Positions 1 to 9,308 are shown, numbered from the stretch's first letter. The stretch: DNA of 28,645 bases from a virus (IMGVR_UViG_3300038530_001755:1-28645), one strand, 5' to 3'. The notes: a model not told the origin generated them from the sequence alone. A program made the numbers and translations.

Positions 1-1
1 A

Positions 2-82
2 AAAGACATGATCTTAACTGAAGCAGGTCTAGAAGTTACCCTTTCTGAGTCTCACGCATTATACAACCTAGAAGGAGTATAA
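2..82 (+). CDS. Major capsid protein, C-terminal fragment (SU10/DUF5309-like)
   Basis: Frame 2 reads KDMILTEAGLEVTLSESHALYNLEGV*, matching the typical C-terminus of this capsid family; heads a structural operon; its end contains the AGGAG RBS of the next gene. Confidence 0.75.
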   Translation, partial: KDMILTEAGLEVTLSESHALYNLEGV

Positions 83-83
83 G

Positions 84-488
84 ATGAGATCAGATAGTCT
101 AAATAAATCAAGTGGTGCTTTCATAGAAAGATCTAATGTTAAGCCAAATCACTCTCAACCTATAATTGCTTCTACTACTACATTTGATGCTTCAGATGTA
201 GGCTCAGATCACATTTTAAGTGTTGATTGTGTTATCACCTTACCAGCAACTTCTGTTGGTTATGTTTACACTTGCATTGCTGGTGCTGACGATGTTGAAA
301 TAACACTCAGTCCAAATGCTAGTGATAAGTTCTTAGGTGGTTGCGGTTTAGCGGCTCAAGCTGATAACAAAGACTTAATTTACTCTAATGGTAAAGAAGG
401 TGATTGTGTTCAGGTTGTAGCAGATGGTACACATGGTTGGTACGTTACTCACCTTTCTAGTTCAGGTAATGTATCTATAGAGTCTTAA
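84..488 (+). CDS. Putative capsid decoration/auxiliary virion protein
   Basis: 134 aa, beta-rich (ITLPA...G.VYT, GDCVQVVADG..GWYV); RBS GAAGGAG; directly after the capsid gene. Confidence 0.55.
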   Translation: MRSDSLNKSSGAFIERSNVKPNHSQPIIASTTTFDASDVGSDHILSVDCVITLPATSVGYVYTCIAGADDVEITLSPNASDKFLGGCGLAAQADNKDLIYSNGKEGDCVQVVADGTHGWYVTHLSSSGNVSIES

Positions 489-522
489 TCCGAATACATA
501 AGGATAACAGTTTATAGTACTG

Positions 523-551
523 TGGGGAGGTTCAATAAAAGTTCCTCCCCA
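523..551 (+). promoter_or_regulatory. GC-rich hairpin after the capsid/decoration genes
   Basis: TGGGGAGG (523-530) pairs with CCTCCCCA (544-551); no U-tract follows on either strand, so not a canonical intrinsic terminator. Confidence 0.5.
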
Positions 552-556
552 AAACT

Positions 557-781
557 ATGAAAGAATTAATTATGAAAAAGAAATGTATACATTGTAACCA
601 TCCTAATAAAGAAGGGTGGTTTTATTGCAAGAAGTGCGGTAAGAAAGCTTCAGAAAGTATATTTACTACAAATATGTATATGATGTCTGATATGGGTAAA
701 CGTACAGATGTAGAAATATCCGCACAAAGCATTGATCAAAATGCAAAAGAAATGAGAGAAAGACTTCATGGCAACATTTGA
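557..781 (+). CDS. Small zinc-ribbon protein (start may be ATG 572)
   Basis: CIHC...CKKC motif pair; overlaps the start of the next gene. Confidence 0.7.
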   Translation: MKELIMKKKCIHCNHPNKEGWFYCKKCGKKASESIFTTNMYMMSDMGKRTDVEISAQSIDQNAKEMRERLHGNI

Positions 782-1376
782 AGCACAGGTAGAATCATTA
801 GCTTCTATTGCTATAAGTGGTAGTAGCACACCAAATCAAACACAGCTTACACAGTTTTTAACAGATGGTGCTAAGGAGATTATAAATTCTTTGCCTAAAA
901 GCTTGTTAGAGGATTGTGCTGACGTTACAACGCTAAATAGTTCTAGTCCTAAATTGACACTTGTGAATCAAAAAGGTTTAATATTAGCAGTACTTAGAAA
1001 TGATCAAGTAATAGATCAACCATGTAGATTTGTTTCTACTTATTTAAGAGGTAAAGTCCAAGATAGTAGTGAAATGGATTTTGCAACAAAAACAGATCCA
1101 GCATATCTAATATATGATAATGAATTAGAAGTTTATCCAGCTCCTGATAACACAGAAAATGCTAAAGTTCTTCATGTTGTGTTTCCATCTGTAGCTTTTG
1201 GAGATAGTGCAATAGCTAACTTTCCAAGTGAGGCAGAATATTTGGTGGTTATATATGCTACAATAAAAAGTTTAGAAGCATTATATAGTGGAGAAGAAGA
1301 TATAGAGTTGTATATTCCAATCATAAATCAATTAAAAGAAGATTATAAATCTGGGTTAGCCCAGCTAGTGAGGTAG
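768..1376 (+). CDS. Putative head-tail adaptor/connector protein
   Basis: 202 aa; helical N-terminus (QFLTDGAKEIIN), 'DPAYLIYDNELEVYPAP' and 'FPSEAEYLVVIYA' motifs typical of podovirus adaptors; position after capsid. Confidence 0.6.
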   Translation: MATFEAQVESLASIAISGSSTPNQTQLTQFLTDGAKEIINSLPKSLLEDCADVTTLNSSSPKLTLVNQKGLILAVLRNDQVIDQPCRFVSTYLRGKVQDSSEMDFATKTDPAYLIYDNELEVYPAPDNTENAKVLHVVFPSVAFGDSAIANFPSEAEYLVVIYATIKSLEALYSGEEDIELYIPIINQLKEDYKSGLAQLVR

Positions 1377-1377
1377 T

Positions 1378-1740
1378 ATGTCGCACTCAATACATGCATT
1401 AACAGTAAAGCAAATTATAAGTAGGGTTAGGCAAGTATTTCCAGATGCACCTGAAGCATATATTATGTCACTTATTAATGATGCTATAAATGAAATAGGT
1501 GAGTATTCTCAAAAATCTATATCTGCTAAAATAAATATAGTTGCAGATCAAATGTTTTACAATATTGGAGATAGTGCCGTTGATTCGGGTGGAGAAAAGC
1601 TTGGTATAAATAAAATATATCGTGTAGATATTATGGACAATGAAGGTGATTATATAAAAATACCTAGAGTTTTAGATGGAGAACCATTAATGTTTGATAT
1701 GACATCTGAAAGTGCTGGAATAAAAGACCCGGGAGACTAA
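1378..1740 (+). CDS. Adaptor-like protein, N-terminal half
   Basis: LTVKQIISRVRQ...IMSLINDAINEI resembles an adaptor N-terminus; RBS GAGGT; TAATG-coupled to the next gene. Confidence 0.5.
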   Translation: MSHSIHALTVKQIISRVRQVFPDAPEAYIMSLINDAINEIGEYSQKSISAKINIVADQMFYNIGDSAVDSGGEKLGINKIYRVDIMDNEGDYIKIPRVLDGEPLMFDMTSESAGIKDPGD

Positions 1741-2168
1741 TGGCTAGTAATATAAAATATCCAGAAGATGCTGTTTTATACTTTATAAGGGGTGATCATT
1801 TAGGTCTTGTCACTACGTTTTCTTCTAGTGCTGAAACTAGAACAGCAAGAAAAGCTTATCAAGCCATTGATCACGCTGTATCAAATGGTTTATTATTACA
1901 TTACTATGGAAATCCTAAAAGAGTAACTGCGTTAACAGATACTCCAGATGTAGATAATTTATTTCATTCTGCTATTGTAGATTATGTGAAAAAATGCTTA
2001 TATATGGATAGGGCTGGAACGGCAAGTGACGGTAATATAGCACAAGTTTCTATGGGACTAATGGCACAACATGAAAGAAAATTTAATAATGCCGTAAAGA
2101 AATACGGAGCAAGAAAAAGAAGTAAGACTGGTGGAACTAGGGCAGTAGTCCCAGCAGATTTTAAATAA
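1740..2168 (+). CDS. Adaptor-like protein, C-terminal half
   Basis: LHYYGNP...TDTPDVDNLFHSAIVDYV resembles an adaptor C-terminus; RBS GGGAG; TAATG overlap. Confidence 0.5.
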   Translation: MASNIKYPEDAVLYFIRGDHLGLVTTFSSSAETRTARKAYQAIDHAVSNGLLLHYYGNPKRVTALTDTPDVDNLFHSAIVDYVKKCLYMDRAGTASDGNIAQVSMGLMAQHERKFNNAVKKYGARKRSKTGGTRAVVPADFK

Positions 2169-2172
2169 CCAA

Positions 2173-2208
2173 TATGCCCATGAGAGTTGCCACGCTCGGT
2201 AAGGCATA
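2173..2208 (+). promoter_or_regulatory. Intergenic stem-loop ahead of an RBS
   Basis: TATGCC/GGCATA outer stem with inner TGAG/CTCG stem; AGGAG RBS follows at 2212. Confidence 0.4.
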
Positions 2209-2223
2209 GATAGGAGAAACAAA

Positions 2224-2523
2224 ATGGCAAGTATAAGTAAGTATACAGTAAGTGAATCCAACAATGTAGCTTTAGGTCAAGCTGGATGTCTATTTGAAGA
2301 TGGTACAGATGCCATTACAGGTAAAAAGATAATAGGTATTCAATTCTTAGAAGATACTACATTTACAACATTAACACCAGATAGCTCATCTTATATAGGC
2401 ACATCAGGTGGTAATGGGGATGCAATAGATTCTTCCAATACATTTCCGCAAGGGATTACAGTATTTGGTAGATGGACTGGATTTACACTAGCTAGTGGAT
2501 CAGTTGTAGCATATCTAGGCTAA
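2224..2523 (+). CDS. Small virion structural protein
   Basis: 99 aa, Gly/Ser/Thr-rich beta protein; strong RBS TAGGAG; precedes the fibre genes. Confidence 0.6.
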   Translation: MASISKYTVSESNNVALGQAGCLFEDGTDAITGKKIIGIQFLEDTTFTTLTPDSSSYIGTSGGNGDAIDSSNTFPQGITVFGRWTGFTLASGSVVAYLG

Positions 2524-2524
2524 C

Positions 2525-5197
2525 ATGCTAGGAATATCTAGTAGTTTAGTCAAGGGTGGTGCATCCCTTTTAACCTTTGTTAAGGAAAACCTTAAACTAT
2601 ACCTTGACTTCAAATCTAATAAGTCAGACACACTAAAGTTCCCATCAGAAGGTTCGACAGAGTTTGATGGAAGCGATGATATAATTGATATAAGTGGTTT
2701 TCAAACATTACAAGACTTTACATTGTCTTGTTGGGTTTATTTAGATGCGTTTAGTGTGGTTATTTGGGGAGATAGTGCTAATCAAAATTGGTTAAGAATA
2801 AATAGTGCTACACAAGTAGGTATAAAGTTAAATAATAATGGATATGATATAACTCATGGTTTAACATTTACAACAGGAGAGTGGCAACATTTTGCAATAA
2901 CCAGAGACTCAAATAATGTTATAACTGTTTATAGAAATGGTATAGCAGGAGGAACTACCCTTACAAATCATAATACTTTTACTCCAAGTATAATAGGGAA
3001 AAAAGGTACAAGTGATAATTTTTTTAATGGCAAGATGGCAAATAATGCAGTTTGGTCAAGAGCATTAGAGCCAGAAGAAATCCAATCCATACAAAACAAA
3101 TCCTATAGCCAACTAAAGGGTGTAGAAAAAACAAGTTTAGTTAGTTGGTGGGCATTAGATAGTGCAAGTGACGGAGTAGTTCAACCTGCAACAGGAGAAA
3201 CATTAGGTACAAATTTATTTACAGATTCTACATTTGATTTAAGTGGTACGCAATCTGCATCTACTACAGGAACACATTGGACTACAGGAAGTGCTTGGAC
3301 TATAGCAAATGGTGAAGCTATTTATGATGCAACTGCCCATGAAAATAGATTAGAGTTGCCATCAGCAACTTTTCAAAACGCAGGTTTGTATAAATTTAGT
3401 TTTACAGTTTCAGATGCAAATACAAAAGCAGGAATTAAAATTAAAGCAGGTGGAAATGATATTATTCCTACTGCGTATTATGATAATGGCAGTCATGTAA
3501 TATATTATAATCAAGCAAGTGCTTATGGCTCTGCTAAAACATTAAAGATTGAAGGAAGAAATGATGTTCATGGTGCTTTTAAATTGCAAAGTGCATCATG
3601 GGAACTTGTAACCTCAAATACAGGATTTGTCACAGGAGCAACAACTACCACATCAGTATATGGTGGCAATGCACCGATCTTACCTCGTGCAGTTGATGTA
3701 GCTAAAGAAGGACAAGCAGATGCGATTGGAAATGGAAGTGCGAGTTTTAATGGCTCAAGTGACCGTATTAGTTTGTCTCCATTGTCTATTACAGGCGATG
3801 CAAGTTTTACAATTAGTGCATGGATAAAACCAGATACTATTACTGGTGGTAATACAGTTGTAGTTTTTGGAGATGATGATACTACTGATTCAGCAAAACG
3901 AGTAGCTTTATATTTTAATGCAGGAAAACCATATTTTGCTTTTTGGGGTTCAGATGTACTACATAACTCAAGCGTAATACAAGCAAATGAATGGCAACAT
4001 TTTGCTATAACATATAGTGGGGGTAATACTACTACTGCTAATAGTGCTATTTATTTAAATGGTGTTAGTTTGTCTTTAACAGGAGGAACTGCATCACCAT
4101 TATTATTAGAAAATGATATTTTTCAAATTGGAGCAGACCATAATCCATCTCAATATTTTGATGGTCTTATTAGTCAAGTAGGAATATGGCGAGGTGCATT
4201 AACGCAATCTCAAATACAATCTGTCTTTGAATCTAAATCATACCAAAATATTCCAGCAGATGTAAAGAGTACATTGGGTGCAGAAACATTAACACACGAT
4301 TTTAGTGATGGGACAGGTGTAACAGTACCAAGTAGTTTATCTACACTTACTACATTTAACGGAGAAATGGTTGTAAATGGTGGTAGTGTTAGTAGTGATT
4401 ATTATGCTATAGCAGATAATGTTACTTGGGATACATCAAAAGTATATAAGATAGTAGTAGTATGTTCTGCATATACAAGTGGCTCATTATCTCATCAAGG
4501 TGGTTCTGCTGCATTTGGAACTAATTTTGGAATATCATCATCAATAGGTGGTGTAGGCACATTTACTAACTATGCAGTTCCATTCCAAAATGGTTCTATT
4601 ACACTTCGTTCTCAATCATTTGTAGGTACATTATCAAGCATTAGCATTAAAGAAGTAATTAACGACATCGTGGCGTACTATCCACTCGATGCAGTACAAA
4701 CAAGTGATTTTGCTACTAAATATATACCAGATGCCACAGGTGGAGTATTAGGAGAAGAATTGTTTACAGGATGGGAAAATAATTCTTTAGTAAATCAAGG
4801 TCATTACGCAGGGTGGTCAAGTTTTACTACAAGTGGGCAAACTGTAACTGCATCACAAGCAGATGAAGGTGGTGCTTATAGTAAAGTTTTTAATACAAAT
4901 GCTTTTAGTGTTGATGCAGGAACTGCTTATGAAATAAATATAACTATTGATTCAAGAGCAAATACTTACATTAGAGGACTTACTGCAAGTACAAATAGTG
5001 AAGGTAGCGTTGTAGTGCATGATTTAATTTGGAATAACACATCAGTAGGTAGTTCAAAAATTGTATTATTAGCAAACACTACAAGCAGTAGTGCAAGATT
5101 ACATCTTCGCCAACAACCATCGAGCAACACTTCATCAATAACTATTTCTGCTATATCAATTAAACCTTTATCTGGTAACTATGGGAGACTACTATAA
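2525..5197 (+). CDS. LamG/concanavalin-A-like repeat fibre or receptor-binding protein 1
   Basis: 890 aa; two LamG signatures (FDG..D, FT.S.W, WQHFAIT, F.G.....W..AL) plus three inserted beta modules. Confidence 0.85.
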   Translation: MLGISSSLVKGGASLLTFVKENLKLYLDFKSNKSDTLKFPSEGSTEFDGSDDIIDISGFQTLQDFTLSCWVYLDAFSVVIWGDSANQNWLRINSATQVGIKLNNNGYDITHGLTFTTGEWQHFAITRDSNNVITVYRNGIAGGTTLTNHNTFTPSIIGKKGTSDNFFNGKMANNAVWSRALEPEEIQSIQNKSYSQLKGVEKTSLVSWWALDSASDGVVQPATGETLGTNLFTDSTFDLSGTQSASTTGTHWTTGSAWTIANGEAIYDATAHENRLELPSATFQNAGLYKFSFTVSDANTKAGIKIKAGGNDIIPTAYYDNGSHVIYYNQASAYGSAKTLKIEGRNDVHGAFKLQSASWELVTSNTGFVTGATTTTSVYGGNAPILPRAVDVAKEGQADAIGNGSASFNGSSDRISLSPLSITGDASFTISAWIKPDTITGGNTVVVFGDDDTTDSAKRVALYFNAGKPYFAFWGSDVLHNSSVIQANEWQHFAITYSGGNTTTANSAIYLNGVSLSLTGGTASPLLLENDIFQIGADHNPSQYFDGLISQVGIWRGALTQSQIQSVFESKSYQNIPADVKSTLGAETLTHDFSDGTGVTVPSSLSTLTTFNGEMVVNGGSVSSDYYAIADNVTWDTSKVYKIVVVCSAYTSGSLSHQGGSAAFGTNFGISSSIGGVGTFTNYAVPFQNGSITLRSQSFVGTLSSISIKEVINDIVAYYPLDAVQTSDFATKYIPDATGGVLGEELFTGWENNSLVNQGHYAGWSSFTTSGQTVTASQADEGGAYSKVFNTNAFSVDAGTAYEINITIDSRANTYIRGLTASTNSEGSVVVHDLIWNNTSVGSSKIVLLANTTSSSARLHLRQQPSSNTSSITISAISIKPLSGNYGRLL

Positions 5198-8100
5198 TGG
5201 CTACGACAATTAATTCTGGATACGCAAACTCTCCTAAACTTACTGCTAACATTGCAGATCACGCAGATGTATATGGTGGCAGAGCATTAGTATTTGATGG
5301 GGTAGTTGATGCTGTACAAACACCATCAATAGATTTAGGTACTACTCATTCTGTTTCATGTTGGGTTAAAACATCTACAGGTTCAAAAGTAGTAATAGGA
5401 ATTGATGCTTCAAATTTTCTAATATATTTAAATAGTAATCTTCAAATACAATATGATGCTACAGGTAGTCCTGTAACAAGTGCTGATGCTATTGTATCTG
5501 GAGCATGGAATCATGTAGTGGTAACAAGATCTGGTACTACAGTTAATTATTATATTAATGGTCAAGTTGATTCTGGTGGAGCAGATACAATCAATGCAAA
5601 TGATCCATTAAGCGGTGTATTTGGTATTGGTGGTATATCTAATTTTTATTTTAATGGTAGTATGGCAGATGTAAAGTTTTTTGATGCTCAACTTACAGAG
5701 GCACAAGTAACTGAACTTTATAGAAAACCAGAAAACACACCAAGTGCAGTACAGGATAACCTTGTAGCTTGGTATCCTATGATTGAAGGTAACCCAGAAA
5801 GTCCACAATCAATAGTATATGATCATAGTGAAAAGAAGTTGGGTAGTTCAGAAATAACAAGTGCAAGTAATACTACATTTTCTGGAGTTACATCTAACGA
5901 TTGGACAAGTAGTGGAGCTACTAAATCTTTTTCTAATGACCAAATGGTTTTTACAATGGATGGCGATAGTCCTGCCGTTGTTGGTCAATTATCAGCAGGT
6001 AATTTTGCAGGTGGTTCTGGAATACCTCAAAAATTTTTAAAAGTAACATTAGATGTAGATAGCACAACAACAGGAAGTTATAGCATAAATAATGCAGGTG
6101 GTAGTTGTAGTGCTGATGTCTTTCTTAAAAGTCCATTAACAACAGGTATAAATACTATATATGGAGTATGTGATGGTGCAAGTTCATACTTTAGAATATT
6201 TGAAGTAGATGTATCTACAGGAGATAAACTTGTATTAAATAGTTTTGATGTCAAAGAAGTCCTTATGGGCAACCACGCTACTACAAATTTCTTTGGGGAT
6301 GAGATAGTTAATGACCCATCTTTTGATACTGCATTAGCAAATGGACAAACTAATGCAAACTTTAAATTATCTGGAGATGGTTCAATTACAGGTGGTGCTT
6401 TTGCTTTTACAGCAGGTGGTGGTGTTGGTAGGATAACAATTATGGATGATGCATCAACAGAAACTACTTTTGCAAATACAAAAACTTATCAAGTCCAATT
6501 TACGATATCTTCATCTGGAAATGCTTTGTTGAATTTTGATTGGGCTAATAGTGGATATGTTAATTATGGAAATGGCTCTCATACTCTTACAGCAGTTGGA
6601 GATGGGAGTAACTTGCAAATTCAAGCATCTGCAAGTGGCAATGATTTTTCAATGACAGATATTTCTATTAAAGAAGTAGGCATATCCTCATCTGGATTTG
6701 AGACTGCTGTAAATGAACCTGTAGTTCCACAAGTACCATTGATGAGATATAATCAGATTGCAATATTTGATGGAGTAAATGATTATGTGTTATTACCAGA
6801 TGGATTAACAAGTGGACTATCAGAATTAACTATATCATTATGGGCAAGAAAAAAAATAGGAGAGGGTGTTGGAGCTTTATTTTCAGTACATGGTGGTGGA
6901 GATTATGCACAATGGTTTAATGCAACAAGATTATATTGGACAAATACAATGTCTGGCGGTTCTGGTGCAGTAAATGCTACAGGTGTAATTGATAATGGAA
7001 AGATGAATCATTATGTTTTTACTACAAAAAGTGGAGAGGGAAAAATTTATCAAAATGGAATTTTACTTGCATCATCAACAAGTGGTACAGGTACTGTTAG
7101 CTCAAATTATAGGAATTTAATGGCATATTCAGCAGGTGGGAAGTATAGTACAGGAGATGGAAATGAATTTGCATTTTTTAATAAAGTTTTAACACAAGCA
7201 GAAATTATAGAATTATTTAATGATGGAATCCCACTCGATGCTACTACACATAGTAAAGCATCTGCATTAAAAGCATATTGGCGAAACGATGGTGTTACTA
7301 CATGGAAAAATCGTGGAGATAAATTTGCGAGTTTTGATGGTGTTGATGATGTAATAATAAGAAATGCAATCAATGTAGATTATAAATCAATATCATTGTG
7401 GGTAAGACCAAATAATACAATTACTACTACAAGTGGCACACAAGGTGTTGCATTTTTTCATAATTGGTCTTTTGGTGGTTTAATATTAGGAGGCAATAAT
7501 ACAACTTCTTTTGATGGTGAAATTATAATGATGCAAGAAAATGAAAGTGGTACAAATTATAAAACTGCTTGGGTAGACCACTCTGTATCTATTCCTTCAG
7601 ATTCTTGGAGTCATATAGCTTTAGTGTGGGATGGTTCAAAATATAAAATATATTTTAATGGATATTCAAAAACATTAGTAAGTGCTGATGGCGGTCATGT
7701 TCCATTGCGAACAAATAAAGCAATAAGAATTGGACATATGGGTGCAAGTGCATCTGCAAGATTTGATGGAGATATTTCTCATTTTGCTATCTGGAGTGAG
7801 TCTCTTACCGATGCTCAAGTGTTAAGCATTTATAATGCAGGACAGAATGGCAACATAGCATCAATACAATCTTCTGATTTAGAATTATATTATACTTTTA
7901 ATCCACACGCATTAACAGATGCAGATACTAATTCAAGTGTACAGGATAGAAGTGGTAATAATAATGATTCTAATTCAATAACAGGAGCAATTATTGATAA
8001 GGATGGCACAGTATCGGGAAGTCCAGATTCTATAACGATCAGAGAAGGACTTAACTCAAACAGAGATGGACTTGGGTTTTATTTTACTAATCCAAGTAGC

Positions 8101-8661
8101 AATGTGTTAAGGTTAAATGGTAGTAGTGAGTATGTATCAGTACCTCATACTAAAAGTTTAGTAGTAGGTGAACAACTCACATTAGAGTGTTGGGCAAAGT
8201 TAGATAGAGTTACACCATCTGAAGATAATACTATGATTTCTAAATACGATGAGGCAGGAGATAGTGGTAGAGAGTATTCTTTACAATTTCCAACTGATAA
8301 AAGATTAATATTTAGAGTATCAAGTGCAGGTTCTTCAGCTACTCTAAAAACATTAAGAGCAGATAATGCTATATCAGATGGCAATCTATGGCATCATTAT
8401 GCAGTTACTTTTGCAAGTGGTACAATGAAAATGTATGTAGATGGAAGTGAAGTATCAGCATCTACAAGTGGAGCAACTGTTACATCTATTAAACAAGATG
8501 GAACTGCAAATGTTGTTGTTGGGTGTGTTAGTACATCAAGTACACCAAGACATTTTTTTAATGGATTAATTGATGAAGCAAGGGTGTACAATCGTGCATT
8601 ATCAGGATCAGAGATAAACAAAAACTATAAACACCAAAAAGGTAAACACAAAAATGACTAA
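5197..8661 (+). CDS. LamG/concanavalin-A-like repeat fibre or receptor-binding protein 2
   Basis: 1154 aa; four LamG signatures (WNHVVVT, MNHYVFT, WSHIALVW, WHHYAVTF...FNGLIDEARVYNRALS) plus two inserted modules; TAATG-coupled. Confidence 0.85.
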   Translation: MATTINSGYANSPKLTANIADHADVYGGRALVFDGVVDAVQTPSIDLGTTHSVSCWVKTSTGSKVVIGIDASNFLIYLNSNLQIQYDATGSPVTSADAIVSGAWNHVVVTRSGTTVNYYINGQVDSGGADTINANDPLSGVFGIGGISNFYFNGSMADVKFFDAQLTEAQVTELYRKPENTPSAVQDNLVAWYPMIEGNPESPQSIVYDHSEKKLGSSEITSASNTTFSGVTSNDWTSSGATKSFSNDQMVFTMDGDSPAVVGQLSAGNFAGGSGIPQKFLKVTLDVDSTTTGSYSINNAGGSCSADVFLKSPLTTGINTIYGVCDGASSYFRIFEVDVSTGDKLVLNSFDVKEVLMGNHATTNFFGDEIVNDPSFDTALANGQTNANFKLSGDGSITGGAFAFTAGGGVGRITIMDDASTETTFANTKTYQVQFTISSSGNALLNFDWANSGYVNYGNGSHTLTAVGDGSNLQIQASASGNDFSMTDISIKEVGISSSGFETAVNEPVVPQVPLMRYNQIAIFDGVNDYVLLPDGLTSGLSELTISLWARKKIGEGVGALFSVHGGGDYAQWFNATRLYWTNTMSGGSGAVNATGVIDNGKMNHYVFTTKSGEGKIYQNGILLASSTSGTGTVSSNYRNLMAYSAGGKYSTGDGNEFAFFNKVLTQAEIIELFNDGIPLDATTHSKASALKAYWRNDGVTTWKNRGDKFASFDGVDDVIIRNAINVDYKSISLWVRPNNTITTTSGTQGVAFFHNWSFGGLILGGNNTTSFDGEIIMMQENESGTNYKTAWVDHSVSIPSDSWSHIALVWDGSKYKIYFNGYSKTLVSADGGHVPLRTNKAIRIGHMGASASARFDGDISHFAIWSESLTDAQVLSIYNAGQNGNIASIQSSDLELYYTFNPHALTDADTNSSVQDRSGNNNDSNSITGAIIDKDGTVSGSPDSITIREGLNSNRDGLGFYFTNPSSNVLRLNGSSEYVSVPHTKSLVVGEQLTLECWAKLDRVTPSEDNTMISKYDEAGDSGREYSLQFPTDKRLIFRVSSAGSSATLKTLRADNAISDGNLWHHYAVTFASGTMKMYVDGSEVSASTSGATVTSIKQDGTANVVVGCVSTSSTPRHFFNGLIDEARVYNRALSGSEINKNYKHQKGKHKND

Positions 8662-9196
8662 TACGTATTTAATATTAACCAAAGCAGTATACGAAGGTAA
8701 ACTGCCAAGTAAACTAAAAACTGCTGATAGATTGTCTTGGAATGAGTACACATATAAAGATGTTAGTAAAACAGCAAAAAGAAATGTAGATGCAACTCTA
8801 CCTACCGATGACAATTTAAAAAGCGAAATAACGGCATTTATGGACACTCATAGTATAGATTATAGTAGTGGAGATACTAAAGCTGAATTACTTGCAAAGA
8901 TAGATGAGCATATTTTACTAAGTGGTGTACCACAAGTAGAAGAAGAGTATACATACACAGATCAAGAAATAGATACGACTACATTACAAGATCCAACATG
9001 GAAAGAGTCAGCATTTAAGTTAGGTAAACTTGGCAGTCCAAGATGGAATAACGATGGCAGTAAAGTATTAGTTAAGTATGAACTTGCTATAGCAGATGGC
9101 ACACACGCTGAAGTTATAGCAGTTAGTGGTATTACTGCGTTATCACATAGTGAAGCTATAGAAGAAATGAAAAAGGATGAGTGGTCTGGTGAATGA
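8654..9196 (+). CDS. Fibre-associated protein with an HeH/SAP-like insert
   Basis: 180 aa, acidic; contains LKSEITAFMDTHSIDYSSGDTKAELLAKI. Confidence 0.55.
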   Translation: MTNTYLILTKAVYEGKLPSKLKTADRLSWNEYTYKDVSKTAKRNVDATLPTDDNLKSEITAFMDTHSIDYSSGDTKAELLAKIDEHILLSGVPQVEEEYTYTDQEIDTTTLQDPTWKESAFKLGKLGSPRWNNDGSKVLVKYELAIADGTHAEVIAVSGITALSHSEAIEEMKKDEWSGE

Positions 9197-9308
9197 GGAT
9201 TGGAAAGATTATCTTAGTATAATATTATTTTTAATAGTTATACTTGGAGGGTTAATAATTCTTGGTAGTTGTGATAGTGGTTGGTCTGTTGCTGGTTATG
9301 AGGTATGA
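9189..9308 (+). CDS. 39-aa membrane peptide, possible lipoprotein (not in ORF track)
   Basis: GTG start with upstream AAGGA/GAG; MNEDWKDYLSIILFLIVILGGLIILGSCDSGWSVAGYEV; fills the gap exactly with an ATGA overlap to the next gene. Confidence 0.65.
   Translation: MNEDWKDYLSIILFLIVILGGLIILGSCDSGWSVAGYEV

Noticed and set aside
2882-4011. Near-identical repeat TGGCAACATTTTGC(A/T)ATAAC at about 2882 and 3992 as a DGR template/variable pair
   Set aside because: Only about 20 bp, both copies encode the LamG motif WQHFAIT, and no reverse transcriptase is present.
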